DNA from: Lama guanicoe
Taxonomy: Eukaryota
Assembly (NCBI GenBank): GCA_013239625.1
Contig: MU056050.1
Location: 2,280,084-2,344,083 of the forward strand
Direction: 5' to 3'
DNA length: 64,000 bases
The translations under genes were made by a program, and so were the position numbers. The notes under the pieces are model-generated. The model saw only the letters and a program-made list of their open reading frames with translations. It was not told the DNA's origin and did not search any database. Below, in pieces: positions 13,350 to 26,844 of the stretch. Numbering within the stretch: the stretch's first letter is position 1; every line of letters begins with the position of its first letter.

Positions 13350-14149
13350 AGGAGGGGCACTTAATCCAGACTGAAGGGGTAGTAGTTACGAATGTCATTC
13401 CAACTTTTCTGAGCACCTACTATGTGCTAGACCCTGTACCACACACTAGTGATATGGAGATGAGTCCTACAGCCTCTGCTTTGTTGATGCCCTAAGCAGG
13501 TGCTTAGTCTGCCTATTGGGTGACACCTTTCCACCTGCTGAGACTGTCCTCCACTCCTGCGCTCAGTTTCCCCATCTGTCCATTGAAGGAGTTTGACCAG
13601 GGTTTGGCAGAACCAGGATTACAACCAGAGGCTTTTGGTTCTGACTACATGGGACTTAGACAGTCTTAGAGGCTGAGAAGTGTTGACTCAAACACTTTGT
13701 TCTCATTGCTCATTTATCAGCCCAAATGTATTGTTAGCAGAAATAGGAGGCTGTAGGCAGTGTGCAGGCCTCTAGAGAATTCCAGAGCTGATTCGCCTAT
13801 TTATTTTCCCTGCCCTCGCCTCCACAGTCATTACCAGGACCAAAGAAGCCTTATCATCACTGCATTTCCTTGGAACCACAGTGACATTCAGTGGCCATTG
13901 GAGGTTGAAAAACAAGTGTCAGGAAAAGCACTTGCTGCATGGTGGAGTAAGGCAGGGGTCCCAGCAATTTTTCCACTCAAACCAGCACAATCTGATCAAG
14001 TCCTGCTATTGCTAATGGAACTGCAGCTTAGGCCTAATAGGCTGGACCCAGCTCAAGACTATGACCGAACACCAGCTATTTATCCTCATTCAGTTGCCTC
14101 CATACACAAAAGAACAAACCTAAAAAGCTTACATGGTAATACCAATTTT

Positions 14150-15240
14150 TAATTTTTTTCCTAGATAATACTTCCTTAATGCAAAAAAAATGGGAATAAA
14201 AATTTAAAATGTTAAAGTCATTCACAACCTCACCACCCAGAAAAACTGTCATTAACATTTAATTTATTTCCTTCCTGTCTTTCTATGGATCATAGAATGT
14301 TATCACTCAATACAGACACCTTCGTTGCCTGCTTTCTGCACTTAGTGATATATTGCAGACATTTTTCCATGTCATTCTTCCATAACATTATTCACAATGG
14401 CCAAATAGTAGTCCAACATATGGCTGTACTGCGATTCATTTATGGACGTATGGATGTATCAGTTAACCAGTTCCATATTGTTAAAGCATTCAGATGGTTT
14501 CTAGATTTCAAATTATAAAATAATATTGTAGGAGTTTCCTCACAAATAACCTATCTGATTACTTCCTTGGCATCGGATCCTGTGATTATAACAACTCAGC
14601 TAAAGAGCAGTCACATTTAATACTTTTGCAACATATTGCCAAATTAACCCTCCAGAAAGATAATACCAATTTATTCTCCTAATAGCTATATTTGAAAGTG
14701 CTTATTTCCTCATGCCCAGGTCAACAGTGGGTAATATCACTACTTTTCTTCTTTGACAGTGTCAAATGATAGGCAAAAAATGGAAACAATTTTTAAATGG
14801 CTTGGCATTGTTGTTTACTTTTTATGTTTCATTATAAATGAATTTGAACTGCTTTCATTTTTTCACTGGCTATTTGTATTTGTTCCTTTGTAAATTGCCT
14901 GTCCTTGTCTTTTGCCCTTTTTTTTCTATTGGAATATTTTTCTTCTTTATTGATTTGTAAACACTCTTTATGAGTTAACCCTTTGTCATACCATATAAAC
15001 TTTTCTCAGGATGTCATCTTTCTGTTTGGCATATGGAAGTTTGACTTTTATACATTCAAATCTACTTATCTTTTCCATTATGGTTTCTGTCTTTGGTGCC
15101 TTGTTTAAAAAGGCCTTCCCTTCTCCTAAGTCATATACTTTTTGTTTTTCCCCCGGTTCTATTATTTTGTTAATCGCACTTAACTACTGAATCCACCTGG
15201 AATTTATTTTGTTGAAGTGTGAGGTCAGGCTGTAAGTTTA
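14150..15240 (-). mobile_element. Ancient L1 (L1ME-like) fragment
   Basis: T-rich degenerate antisense L1 3' region motifs (tggctatttgtatttgttcctttgtaaattgcctgt). Confidence 0.65.
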
Positions 15241-15330
15241 TTGAATAGTGGTGCCACAATTGTTAACTGGGGGAATTAATTTCTCCTTAACTTTTTTTTT
15301 GCTACCTTCAATGATCAAGCACTGATTTCT

Positions 15331-15514
15331 TTTTTTAAATTAGCTACTGCTTTTATTAAAATTAAAAATAGTATAAATTCATTTGTGTTCAAAGTAGAAT
15401 TTTTTAAAACTCTGAATATAACATTGCCTTTAAACTAATTTTAATTCATTTTTAATTGAAGTATAGCCAGTTACAATGTGTCAATTTCTGGTATACAGCA
15501 CAATGCCCCAGTCA
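15331..15514 (-). mobile_element. Very short L1 3'-end insertion with probable 3' transduction
   Basis: L1 terminus (ttgaagtatagccagttacaatgtgtcaatttctggtatacagc) plus ~110 nt of extra sequence, between TSD copies aagca(c/t)tgatttct. Confidence 0.75.
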
Positions 15515-15779
15515 AAGCATTGATTTCTGATGGTGTCTGTTTCTAGGCTTCTTATTCTGTTCTGCTGATCTCTCACTTGTAGCAGTTGGACATTTCACAA
15601 GAGAAGAGACATGTGCCACCTGACACAGCAGATGTGTACACCAACATACTTACATACTCACATATGTAGGCATAAGAGTGAGAAAGGTGGGAATTCTCAA
15701 AGATGCAACTTTGGAGTCAAGGAGGAAAATGAGGACCTCCACGGCTGTGTCACTTCAATGAGACCCAGTCAGACAATGG

Positions 15780-16255
15780 TTACCATCCTCCCTGTGCTGG
15801 GTGTCTTCCATCTGCCCATATCATCCATCTCCAACTTTCTCTACTATGCTTTGTACCCCAGAGGGATAACTTGTATGGACTTAATCAGTGGGTTTCCTTG
15901 CCTTTAAGCTTCTGCTTGGGTTCAGCCAGTGGGGAGAACCAGTTGGAGTTGGGAGGATGGTGAGAGAGTATTTATTCCTCTCTGCGCTCTCCCTATGGGA
16001 CCTAATGAAGGCAACAGCTTCTGTCAAGAGGCGCTTTCCACGTGGCCACTCTCCTCATGTTCTGGTCACCACTCACGGCTTCCTCTGCTTGCCCCTTCAG
16101 GCATCAGATGTAACAACTCCTCCACTGTTGCTAGCCCTGAAATCCTGTACTATCCACCCTTGATTCCTCTAAGCCTGCCCATATCTCTGTTAAACTCTTC
16201 TCAAATTACTCAGATTGTGCCAAGTATTTCTAACTGGGCCTTGACTGATACACAC
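15780..16255. mobile_element. ERVL-type solo LTR (LTR33-like)
   Basis: Recalled LTR33-like motifs; ends ...gccttgactgataca. Confidence 0.6.
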
Positions 16256-16989
16256 CCCTTTAGAAGGGCATCATATCCGTAAGGATATAGGTTGCACTAT
16301 GGCCCTGGCAGAAATAATGATCTTAGACTCAGGTATAATAATTCCTTTTCCCTTTCCCCCTTAAATGCACTAAAGGCATTATCTCAAACACCAGAGTATA
16401 TCAAAGACTTCTATACACACACACACACACACACAAAGAAGCAAGTACAGAACAGTATTTTAAAAGCTTTAAGTGGGGTCCAAAAACCTTAATCACACAA
16501 AATGCAGGGTCGCAGTATTGCAACATTAACAAACAGCCATATTTTTCAGTTGGTCTCTACGCTCAAGAAACACAAAAGTAAAGATCTGTTTAACTTATAG
16601 TACCCAGGAGAACTTACCTGAGAAAGTCCCAGATGATCACAAGATAGTCATGTCTAAGCCCATCCCTCCCCTACCCACCCCCATTCCTTCAGAAAATAAA
16701 GAAACTTAGCCTAGATGAGAACTGGGGACAGTTATAAGACAGACACAGAACAACCAAATATGTTTTATCAGAATTAGCAACATTATTAGCTTTTACTGTA
16801 GTTTAGAATTTAGATGGTACCATGTGGTGGGCCCAGTACAAGGAGATCCCGAGAGCATCGCTGGCCAATATGGCAGCCAGTTTTGTAGATACTGGGTACT
16901 GGCTCACCCATCCTTTATTCCCACTTCCTTCTAGTGTGATTTCTGTGCCGCAAAGACTGAAAAACTGAAAACCACATTTCACAGACTCT

Positions 16990-17480
16990 TTTACAGCTTG
17001 AGTTCTAGGTTTGAAACAGCTTCCACCAAATATGTGCACTTATGTGAGATCTGGAAGGCAGGAATGAAGACAAGGCCACCTTCCCTGCCCCTGTGGGCTC
17101 CTCTACCCTGGTAATCAAGGGCACGAAGACATGACAGTGTTCTGCAACAGTGTACCAGCATCTGGTCTCCAGCTTCCTGGGTGTCAAGAGGTAGTACATC
17201 AGTGACAACTGTATTTCCTGACTCCAGCTTCTGCTCCCTGGGCCATAGCCATGGTGCTATGTTCTTGAACTCAGGCATTTCAGTGGTGACTTCAGAGGTA
17301 GTAGCCAACTGGTGGATTGATTCTAAAAGATTCTGGAAGCCATTCCTTTAGGTCCAGACTGGATCCCACTCTTCCAACACTTCTAAGGATTTTTTTAATA
17401 TGGAATTTCCTTATTAAATCCCTTTCTACTGAAAATACCTAGCGTGGTTTCTGTTTCCTATACCGAATCCTGACAGATAC
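16990..17480. mobile_element. ERVL-type LTR relic
   Basis: attaaatccctttctactgaaaatacctagcgtggtttctgtttcc...cctgacagataca terminal motif. Confidence 0.55.
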
Positions 17481-19561
17481 AGGCAGCCAGGATCAGGGTC
17501 CAGGATCTTTTACCAATTCCCCTCAAGACCTGAGTCTGGAAAAATACCAGTTAATGACAGGGGACTTTCAGGTAACAGCTAGCTAATATACAGGGAAAAA
17601 TTCTTTACCCATCATTGGCCCGAATCATAGACATTGGCATCCTCCCCTTGGCTGAAGGCAACACTAGATGTAAGTATAGGAGTGGTGGAGGAACAGAGAG
17701 GAAGGGAGCCAGGAAGGTATCACAGAGTGTCTCCTCTGTGTCAGGTACTAACATAGACCCTTTCACATGTTCTCATTTAATTTTTACAACACTCTGGAAG
17801 GTAAGTACAATTGTCCCCAATTAACACAACTCAGCACATAGACATTTCTGAATACAATATATCCATTCCCTTCAGGCTCAGATCACATTTAAAATAAAAC
17901 ACATTACCTAGCATAGGGACCCAGGTGGTGAATGGGTCTAGAATCTAAGCGACTCTGAGGACCTCAGTTCTAGAAGTATATGACCTTGTGTCAAGTGCTC
18001 TGTAATTAACATGACTTGGCTCCAATCTCTGTGTCTATTTCTTTCTGCTCTACTACCAACTGGTAAATTTCCTTTCTGTCATGAATCAGCTTCCTGAGGG
18101 GATAATCTGTCCCTGTTCATCTTAAGCCTGGGTCACAAAAGTCAGCTGCCAACCTATGGATGGGCAGCATCCCTCAAAGGCAGGCATCTGTCTCTGGTCC
18201 AATCAGCTGTGACTGAAAAGAGGGTGTCTCAGGTCCTGGTAGCTACTCAGCAGAAGGATGAACAGGGAAAACCAGATTTTGGCATCTCTTGAAAAATCAG
18301 AATACTTGGACACACTGAGCCCTCATCTCCACAGACAAGAGGGGGAAGGGGCCTTCCTTTATATTGCAGTTTACAGCACCTCACTCATTTTTGTTATTTG
18401 CCCAGCCCTTTCAGACATTTGAGTTTGAGAAATCCTAAGTTCCATCAGCGCTAACAGTCTTTAATTTTGAAATTCTATACTCTTATGGATTCCTTTACAC
18501 CGAAAACATTGTGAATTGACATGGGCCTCATTGAACAGATAATTTGGAGACAAGCTGGGAATACATTTCATTTATCCACCGATTTGATTTTCTACATAGG
18601 GACTCTACGTTTCCTCACTATAAAGCCATTATTCTCCTCTACTGGAGTTGCTGTAATTCTCAACATGCCATGTATTGTCATCATCCTGCCAAAATGAAAA
18701 TTGTACAGAGAGCCTGCGAGGGCCTTATCAAATCAAGTGGAAGTGATTAAGGACAGTAGAAAAACTTAGAACAATTATATATACACTATTAAATAATGCA
18801 ATAGGTGAGAATCTAACTAGTCCTCAGATTTTCATAAGTAAGGTTTGCAATTTGATATTTTGTTGACTCAATAGTAAATTGTCAATTCATTAAATGATTA
18901 AACCATTTATCAAAGCTGTGAGTGACAAAGCAATCAGAGACTGGGATAATCAGACACAGAGTCTGTTCTTTGTGTAAAATTCAAATGCACCCAGCGTAAT
19001 ACAATTTTGTACTTAATGTCACTCATCTAATCAGCATATTTCTGCTCCAATGTGAGATCTTTGTTTGAACACGAGATGCAACAGATATGGAAGCCACAAA
19101 AATCTCATTTATATAATCATAACAGGCATGTTATCATGGTTGTCAAAATTAATTAAATCTAATTTGCTCTATTTTCTAAGCTTAAAATTGACACAAAACG
19201 TTATTGTGAAAGGCAAAAATGCTAAAGGGTCACAGAAATAGGTATAAACGTGAATATTTTTAAATGCCTGTATTTTGTTTTAGAAAGCTAGTTAATATTG
19301 ATTATGACAGATTAGAGTCCCCCAAACGTTTGAAAAGATCAGTTGAATGTGAACATTCACACTAGGAAAGTCCAAACCTTTGGCTTCTTTTGAATAATAA
19401 TGGTCCCACTGGGGCAATTACAATAAATGTAAATTTAGAAAACCTCTATTAACACAGAACTTCTCAAGAAGACATTGTTTCCTAAGGCAAGGGACATCTT
19501 TATTTCACATTACACTGTCATCTTGATCATCCTCTATTTAGACCCAAAGTTCTGCTCACAT

Positions 19562-19737
19562 CAGCGCTTCTCAACCTTTGGTATATGTCAGAAGCACTCA
19601 GAGAGCCTGTTAAATGTGCAGATTCCAGGGCCCCATGCTGGTCTTGATACAAAAGGCCTGAAAAATCTGTATTTTCACAAATAACCCAGACAGTTCTTTT
19701 GTAAATGATCCAAGGACCACACCGTGAGAAACACTGA
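19562..19737. mobile_element. MER5-like hAT-Charlie MITE
   Basis: Inverted termini cagcgcttctca / tgagaaacactg; gcagattccagggcccc core. Confidence 0.75.
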
Positions 19738-21459
19738 CCCGCACAATGTTTTCTTTCTCCCCTTACAGTACAGTTGTTTTGAATCCTTGCTTTATAAATC
19801 CTTTCAGTATCTCTCCTGAGTGCTTTCTGCATGCCCTAGGCAACCTCCACTAATATTCCCTGGGCCCCATCTCATCTCATTAGTCTGAACTGGAAGAAGT
19901 TACATTTTCTACATTTTCCTTCTCCGGATTCATAGCTCTCAGGCCTTCACACATGAGCAGTCTTCTTTGAAAGCACCAATTAGGTGGACCCTAAGCCAAT
20001 CAGATCCCTAAGTGTTTCATAGCAGGAGCTCTTCAAGTAAACACATAAGTTCTGTTTCTTGCAAACCTCCCTGTTACCAAGGAAAGGCTTCTCAAAGCCT
20101 TTAGTGTCCTCAACACTACTCCACAGAGTAGATGAGATTAAAAAAAAAAAGAAGGAAGACCTCAAACTGATCTATTTAACATCTTATTAGCAGTTCAAGA
20201 AAAAAGTTGTTAGTGAAGAGCTAGAATCATGTTTTCTTGAAAATTTGCAATGGTCTGTTGGTATGAATTATCCAAGTTATCGCTGAACCCTCTTACCACA
20301 GAGAGAGAATAGATAGCAAGCATCGCCTGGGAGCTCACTTGGGAAGCTTGTCACACAGATCAATGCCGAGGCCCTGCCCTAGACCAGGGTTGTTTACCTT
20401 TGGCATTATCCACATTTTGGTCAGATAATTTTTTGTCACTCAGGTCTGTCCTTAGCCCACAAAGCCTAAAATATTTAACATCTGGCCCTTCACAGGAAAA
20501 GCGTGCTGACCCCTAGTCTAACTGAATTAGCCACTTACTCTGAGTTTTCAGGGAGACTGAAGGAAAGGAGGAGAGGCAAAAGTGAAATGGTAAACTTCTG
20601 ACTTGTTTTAAAGCATATAAAGGAAGCTGAGATAGCATAAAGACATCACAAAGCATGGAAAGACAAAACACAATTTCTTTCTCTAAATTAAACTTCTTTT
20701 TGGAAAAAAAAAAGTTTTATGTCCATTTCACTGGCAAGACTTTTTTACCCCTTGTCTTGGAAATTAAAATGCTTCTTATTTGTTCACACTTGCTGTAATT
20801 CTGCTTTCCTGGTGGTCATCAAAAACTCTGAGTTTTACTTCTATCTTAGCTACTACAGAACCGCCTCCTGGAGAAAGAGCCTATTAGTAGCTGATTTAGA
20901 AGACTGTGCCTGCTATATGGGAACCTAGGCTGAGAATGAGTGTCATAGCAAGGCTGGGCAGGGCTGATTAAAAAAACTGCTTCTATACACTGAAATAGTT
21001 ACAGATGAAATGATACAATGTCTGGGAGTTGCTTCAAAATAGTGGGGGAGAGTGGGTAGATCTATATGTGAAACAAGAGTGACTATCACTAAGAATTGTT
21101 GAAGCTAAGCAATAGGCACTGCATGTTCATTACATTATTTTCTCTATATTTGAAAATATTTGAGCATTTCAATAATAATTTTTAATTAAAAAGAAAATCT
21201 GCTTCAAGTGCCAGATGAGGCCAAAAATGCTTCCAAACAAAAAGGAAAGATCCTCAATTTTCTTCTGAAGCAGCACTTTTAATGTTTTGGTTTGATGGAA
21301 CTTGGGCCATGAGGAGACAGTGCCAAAATTCTTTAGCCCTAATTCTTAGCAAAATACCTAGCATGATGTAGGTGCAAAATAAATATTTATTGAATCAATG
21401 AACAAACCTATGTCCTTTATGCTGTAAGATCCTCCAGGAGAGTAATAACAACCATGATA

Positions 21460-21800
21460 AAAGCAATATGTAACAATTATTGAGGATTTATTATGTGCCC
21501 AGTACTGTGCCAAAGACTGGGAATGCATCATTATTCCCTTCAATCCTTATTATAACCTCATAAGCTTCATAAGGGCATGGATGTTTACTGTTTATTCACT
21601 GGTATGTCCCCAAGTGCTTGAAATATGACTGACTCAATAAATATTTGTTCAATGAATGAATCTAAAGCAGATACTATTATTATATCCCCTATGCAGATGA
21701 AGAATTTGAGGTTTAAAAAGGTTAAGTTACCTGGCCAGAGTAAATGGCAGAGTTAAATTCAAATCCAGATAATATAATTCAAAAACCTCTCTTTCAACGA
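21460..21800 (-). mobile_element. MIR SINE interrupted by a short L2 3' tail
   Basis: MIR core (atgcagatgaagaatttgaggtttaaaaaggttaagttacctggcc); L2 end aataaatatttgttcaatgaatgaat near 21640-21660. Confidence 0.6.
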
Positions 21801-22019
21801 CTAGCTATACTGATGCTAATTCGCACTTTAAAGTCGTCTATTATTATAATGGTACCAGCCAGTAACCTTCAAAGGCCCTAAAAAATGCAATAAATGATGA
21901 AAATATTTTTATAGCAACTCAAACTAGATAGACTTAAGAGTATGAGGTACTGCTTGGAACAGGAATAAAAGGGAACTTAAACGTGAAAATGGGTCTCTCC
22001 CAAACACCTAAATGAAAGA

Positions 22020-22860
22020 TCATTGTGAAATTTTAGAAGCATTTCCTATCAGCACTATTATTTATCACTGTATTGAAGGCCATAGACAAAACAATAAGAG
22101 AAATAATTAATATCTATTGAATTGCAAAGGAAGATATAATATCATAGTTTTTGGAGAAAATAACCTGTTAGAAAACCCACAAAAAGCTAAAAAACTACTG
22201 AAACTAAGAGAGTTTAGCAAGATTGTTGGATATAATATATGTTCTTATTTATTAGTAGCAACAACTTTTAAAATGCAAAATTAATTAAAAAAAATTTTTA
22301 CATTATTCACCAAAAATTTCAAAACACTATGGTATCTAGGAGTAAATATAGTAAAAGTTATGTAAAATCTTTCAGAAGATAATAAAACTCTATTGAAGGA
22401 TATAAAAGAAGACCTAGATAAATGAATATGTCACGTTCCTAGATGGAAATTATACATAGATGTCAATTCTCCTCAAATTGACTTACTAATTCATTGAAAT
22501 TCCAATAAAAATCCCAACTGGAATTAAAAATAAAGGGTCAGGAATAGAAATAAAGATCCTGGACAAGAACAAGGAATTTTGCCCTACCAGATTTTAAGAC
22601 TTATAAAGAATAGTATATTTTAAATGTTGTATTAGTATAGCAATATACAAGCAGACAACTGAAACAGCTTAGAAAGTCAGAAACTGTCTATGTATATACA
22701 GGAGTTTGGCATGTGAAAGAGATGGGATTACAATTCAGTGGTGAAAAAAAAATCCCAAATTATTCCAAAAGTTGTAATGGGATAAATGTCTTTCAAGGTT
22801 GAAAATGAGACCATTAGAAAACTAAATCTTGTATCGGTTACACAAAACAAATTTCAATGA
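22020..22860 (+). mobile_element. Ancient L1 ORF2 fragment
   Basis: Degenerate ORF2 motifs (agaagacctagataaatg, atgtcaattctcctcaaattga, ttgccctaccagattttaagac). Confidence 0.7.
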
Positions 22861-22861
22861 C

Positions 22862-24072
22862 CCTATAACACCACAAACAAAAATAAGCTCAAAATGGATT
22901 AAAGGCCTAAATGTAGGACCAGAAACCATAAAACCCCTTAAAGGAAAATGTAGGCAGAACACTCTTTGACATAAATTGTAGCAATATTTTTTTGGCTCTG
23001 TCTCCTAAAGCAAAGGAAATAAAAGCAAAAATAAACAAATGGGATCTAATTAAACTTAAAAGCTTTTGTGCAGCAAAGGATACCATCGACAAAATGAAAA
23101 GACAAACTAAGGAATGGGAGAAGATATTTGCAAATGATATGACCAATAAGGGTTAATATTCAAAATATATTAACAGCTCATACAACTCAACACCAAAAAA
23201 ACAAACAACCCAATTTTAAAATGGGCATAAGACTTGAACAGACATTTTTCCAAAGAGGACATGCAGATGGACAATAGGCACATGAAAAGATGCTCAACAT
23301 TGCTAATCATCAGGGAAATGCAAATCAAAACCACAATGAAATATCACCTCACGCTTGTCAGAATGACCGTCAACAAAAAGACCACAAATAATAAATGTTG
23401 TTGAGGATGTGGAGAAAAAGAAAGTTTTGTACGCTGTTGTTGGGAATGTAAATTGGTGCAGCCACTGGAAAACAGTATGGAAGTGTCTCAGAGAAACTAA
23501 AAGCAGAACTATCATATGACCCAGCAATTCCACTCCTGGGTATATATCCAAAAGAAACAAAAATACTAATTCAAAAAGCTACATGCACCCCAATGTTCAT
23601 AGCAGCATTATTTATAATTGCCGAGATGTGGAAGTAACCTAAGTGTCCATCAACAGAATGAAATTTTGCCATTTGCAAAAACATGGATGACTTGGAGGGC
23701 ATTATAGTAAGTGAAATAAGTCAGACAGAGAAAAAAAATACTGTGTGATATCACTTATATGTGGTGTCTAAAAAATACAGCAAACTAGTGAATATAACAA
23801 AAAAGAAACAGACTCACAGATTTAGAGAACAAACTAGTGGTTACCAGTGGGGAGAGGGAAGGGGGAGGGGCAAGATAGAGGGAGGGGATTAAGAGCTATA
23901 AACTATTCTGTATAAAATAAATTAGCTACAAGGATATATTATGTACCACAGGGAATATAGACAATATTTTATAATAACTATAAACAGAGCATAACCTTTA
24001 ATGACTATGGTTCTTTATATTGTACACATGTAACATATATTATATATCAACTATACTTCAGTTTTAAAGAAA
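22862..24072 (+). mobile_element. Medium-age L1 3' part (ORF2 end plus 3'UTR)
   Basis: Clear ORF2 3' region; 3'UTR ending atcaactatacttcag plus A-rich tail. Confidence 0.9.
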
Positions 24073-24534
24073 GAAGTATAGGCGGAGAAAGAGGAAATTG
24101 AACTGGACAATAGGTAACATGAAAAAATTTGTGCAACTTCACTTAAGATCAAAGGAGTACAAAGTAAAACAAGAAGATTTGTGTCATATCTCTCATATTG
24201 GCAAAGAATTTTAAATCTGGTAACACCCAGGGTGGTGAGGGTGTTCGGAAACAGGACGCCTGATACATTTGTGATGGGAGTATGGATATCCACAACCTTT
24301 AGGGAAAACAACTGGACAGTATGAAGTAAAGCTGAAGATGTTCTTCCCTACAAACTCAGCCATTCCACGTCTGATTACCCACCCAAGAGCTACAGTTCTG
24401 AAAGTGTGGCCCATGGACCCCCAGGGGTCTCTGAGACCCTTAAAGGGTCCACGACAACCGTTTTCATAATACTAAGAAGTTGTCTTTTTCACTATGTTGC
24501 TGTCTGCACTAATGCTGCAGAATCAATAGAGGGC

Positions 24535-25390
24535 TGAGGTAGGCTGAATAATGGTCCCCAAAGATACCCGGTTCCTAATTCCTTGCAGCCTGTGAATGTT
24601 ATCTTATATTACAAAAAGGACTTTGCTGGTGTGATTAAGTTAATAATCTTGAGATAGATTCTCCTGGATCATCTGTGATGGGCCCTAAATGTCATTACCA
24701 GTGTCCTTGTAACAGGGAGGTTATCATGAGGAGTCTGACTCCATTTTCTGATGTTTGACTGCTGACAGCCTTTAAGCTTGACCCCTTTGTCTTCCCTCTT
24801 CTCCCTCACATCTAGACGAGCTGATAAGAAAGCCTGAGTGCTCTCTCCCTCGGCACTGATGGGAGAGTCAAAACACATAAGCGGCTGCCTCTGCACAGGA
24901 ACTCTCACACTCACCCCATCCCCTAACCACAACAACTGTATGTATTTTTTCATTTGTTTGTTTGTTTGTTTAAAAAAGAAACTCAACCTAGTCTCCTTTC
25001 CTTGCTCTCCCATGTCATTTTCAGATCTGCTTGAGGGGCTCTCCCTGCTTTTCCGAGAAAAGCCTCCATCCTGTAAGTAATAGGATGGTCACAACAGACA
25101 CAGAGGGAGATTTGAACAGAAGAGGGCAACATGACAAAAGCAAGATGCTACACTGCTGACTTCGAAGGTGAAGGAAGGGATGATGGAATGCACCTGTAGA
25201 AGCTGGAAAAGGCAAGAAAACAGATTCTCCTCTAGAGTTTGGAGAAAATGTAGCCCAGCCAACACCTTCATTTCAGCCCAGTAAAACTGATTTCAGACTT
25301 CTGACCTACAAAACTGCAAGAGAATTAAGGTGTATTGTTTTCAGTCACCAAATTCATAGTAACATGTTACAGCAGCCCTGGGAAACTAGG
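24535..25390 (+). mobile_element. MLT1 (MLT1D-like) MaLR LTR nested in the Charlie element
   Basis: tgaggtaggctgaataatggtcccc start; ggaaaaggcaagaaaacagattctcctctagag; gttacagcagccctgggaaacta end. Confidence 0.8.
24721..25096. mobile_element. Probable ERV solo LTR nested in the MLT1
   Basis: ~375-nt insertion breaking the MLT1 consensus; gagtctgactccatttt start, ends ...acaaca. Confidence 0.6.
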
Positions 25391-26844
25391 AAGTGGCACC
25401 AAATTGTACTAGCAGAGTCATTGTGTTCATCACGACTATACGCAGTTTTATTTTGTTTTAAATGTCAGTTGCACTTAGGAATGTCTTTGATGGAGCAGTG
25501 AAAATTATTAATGTCATTGTTATAAATACTGACCCTTGAGTGCATGGGTTTTTAATATTCTATATAACAAAATGAGAGGTATGCATAAAGTACTTTCTCT
25601 GCATCCTGAATTATAATAATTGCCTCAAAGACAAACACTTGTGTAGTTTAAAAGCAACTTTTTTTTTCATAAAACACCATTTTTACAGAAAAGAATTACC
25701 GACAAACAAACTTTGGTTATTCAGACTTTGGTTCTTGGCAGACGTTTCTCTAAAATTAACAAAGTGAGCCTGTCACTTCAAGGAAAACAACTGACAGCAT
25801 TTTTTGCCAATTATAAATTTCAAGTTCTTAAGTAAAAATAAGAATTTTAGAAAACTTGTATCTGCCACCACGAGCTTGACAGCTTTCCAAAACATGAATA
25901 CTTTCCTGATGAGATCAATGGTTACAGTAACAAATGTAATGTTTTTATATTGTATCATGAAATATGTCAATATTTGGAAGATCTGCATAACTCAGTGAAG
26001 CAATATTTTTCAGATGATCAATGCATGATGTTACAAAGTCATGCATGGGTAAAAAAAAATCTATTCAAAGTGGGGATATACTAATGGATTTTTCATGCAT
26101 GAAAGCACAAAAAATTCAATGACACAGTTTCAGATTCCATATTGAAAGTAACCTCTAAGAAACTACCACTTGTCAAATTTTGGTGTATTATCAAATATCC
26201 ACAATTATCTGAAATGGCTAATAAGATTCTCCTGGCTTTTGCAACTCCATATATGAGTGAGAAAGGATTTTCTTCCTATATTTCAACCAGAAAAACTCAT
26301 CACAGCAGGGCAAATGCAGAAGCAGATAAGAGAATCCAGCTCTCTTCTATTACACCAGACAGTAAAGAGATTTGCAAAAATGTTAAATGCTACTTCTTTC
26401 ACCAAATGTCTTGTTGTTTTGAAAAATATAGTTCTTTTTATAAATTAAATAATTGTGCTAACTTGTAATGGATATATTATCATTTTAAATGAATTCATAA
26501 TTAAATATTTTAAAATTTTCCACTTTTAATTTCTAATACAATAAGTACAAATAGGCATAGCTCACATAAACAAAAGCTCTTTGGGGTCCTCTATGATTTT
26601 TAAGAGTACACACAAAGTTTGAGAACTGCTGCCATAGAGAAACTCTTACACATATGGTCAAAAAAATATGCCCATTGCAGCTTTGTTTGAAATAGTGAAA
26701 AACTGGAAACAATTTACGTACCCATGAAGAGGTGAAAGAAGAAATAAATTGTGTACATTCATACCATGTAATTGTATATCGTTGTTAAAATGAAAGAAGA
26801 GTTACAAGTACTACCATGGGTGAATATCAAAAATATAATGGTAG

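Larger units (their letters stand above)
24390..26631 (+). mobile_element. Charlie1a-like hAT DNA transposon, interrupted by LTRs
   Basis: Termini ...agttctgaaagtgtgg / aaagtttgagaactgctg; 8-bp TSD-like cccaagag / ccatagag; ORF 26142..26468 resembles a hAT dimerisation region (YPQLSEMANKILLAFATPYMSEKGFS). Confidence 0.85.

Noticed and set aside
26142..26468. hAT transposase-like ORF as a domesticated gene
   Set aside because: Short, degenerate fragment inside an internally deleted, LTR-interrupted Charlie element.
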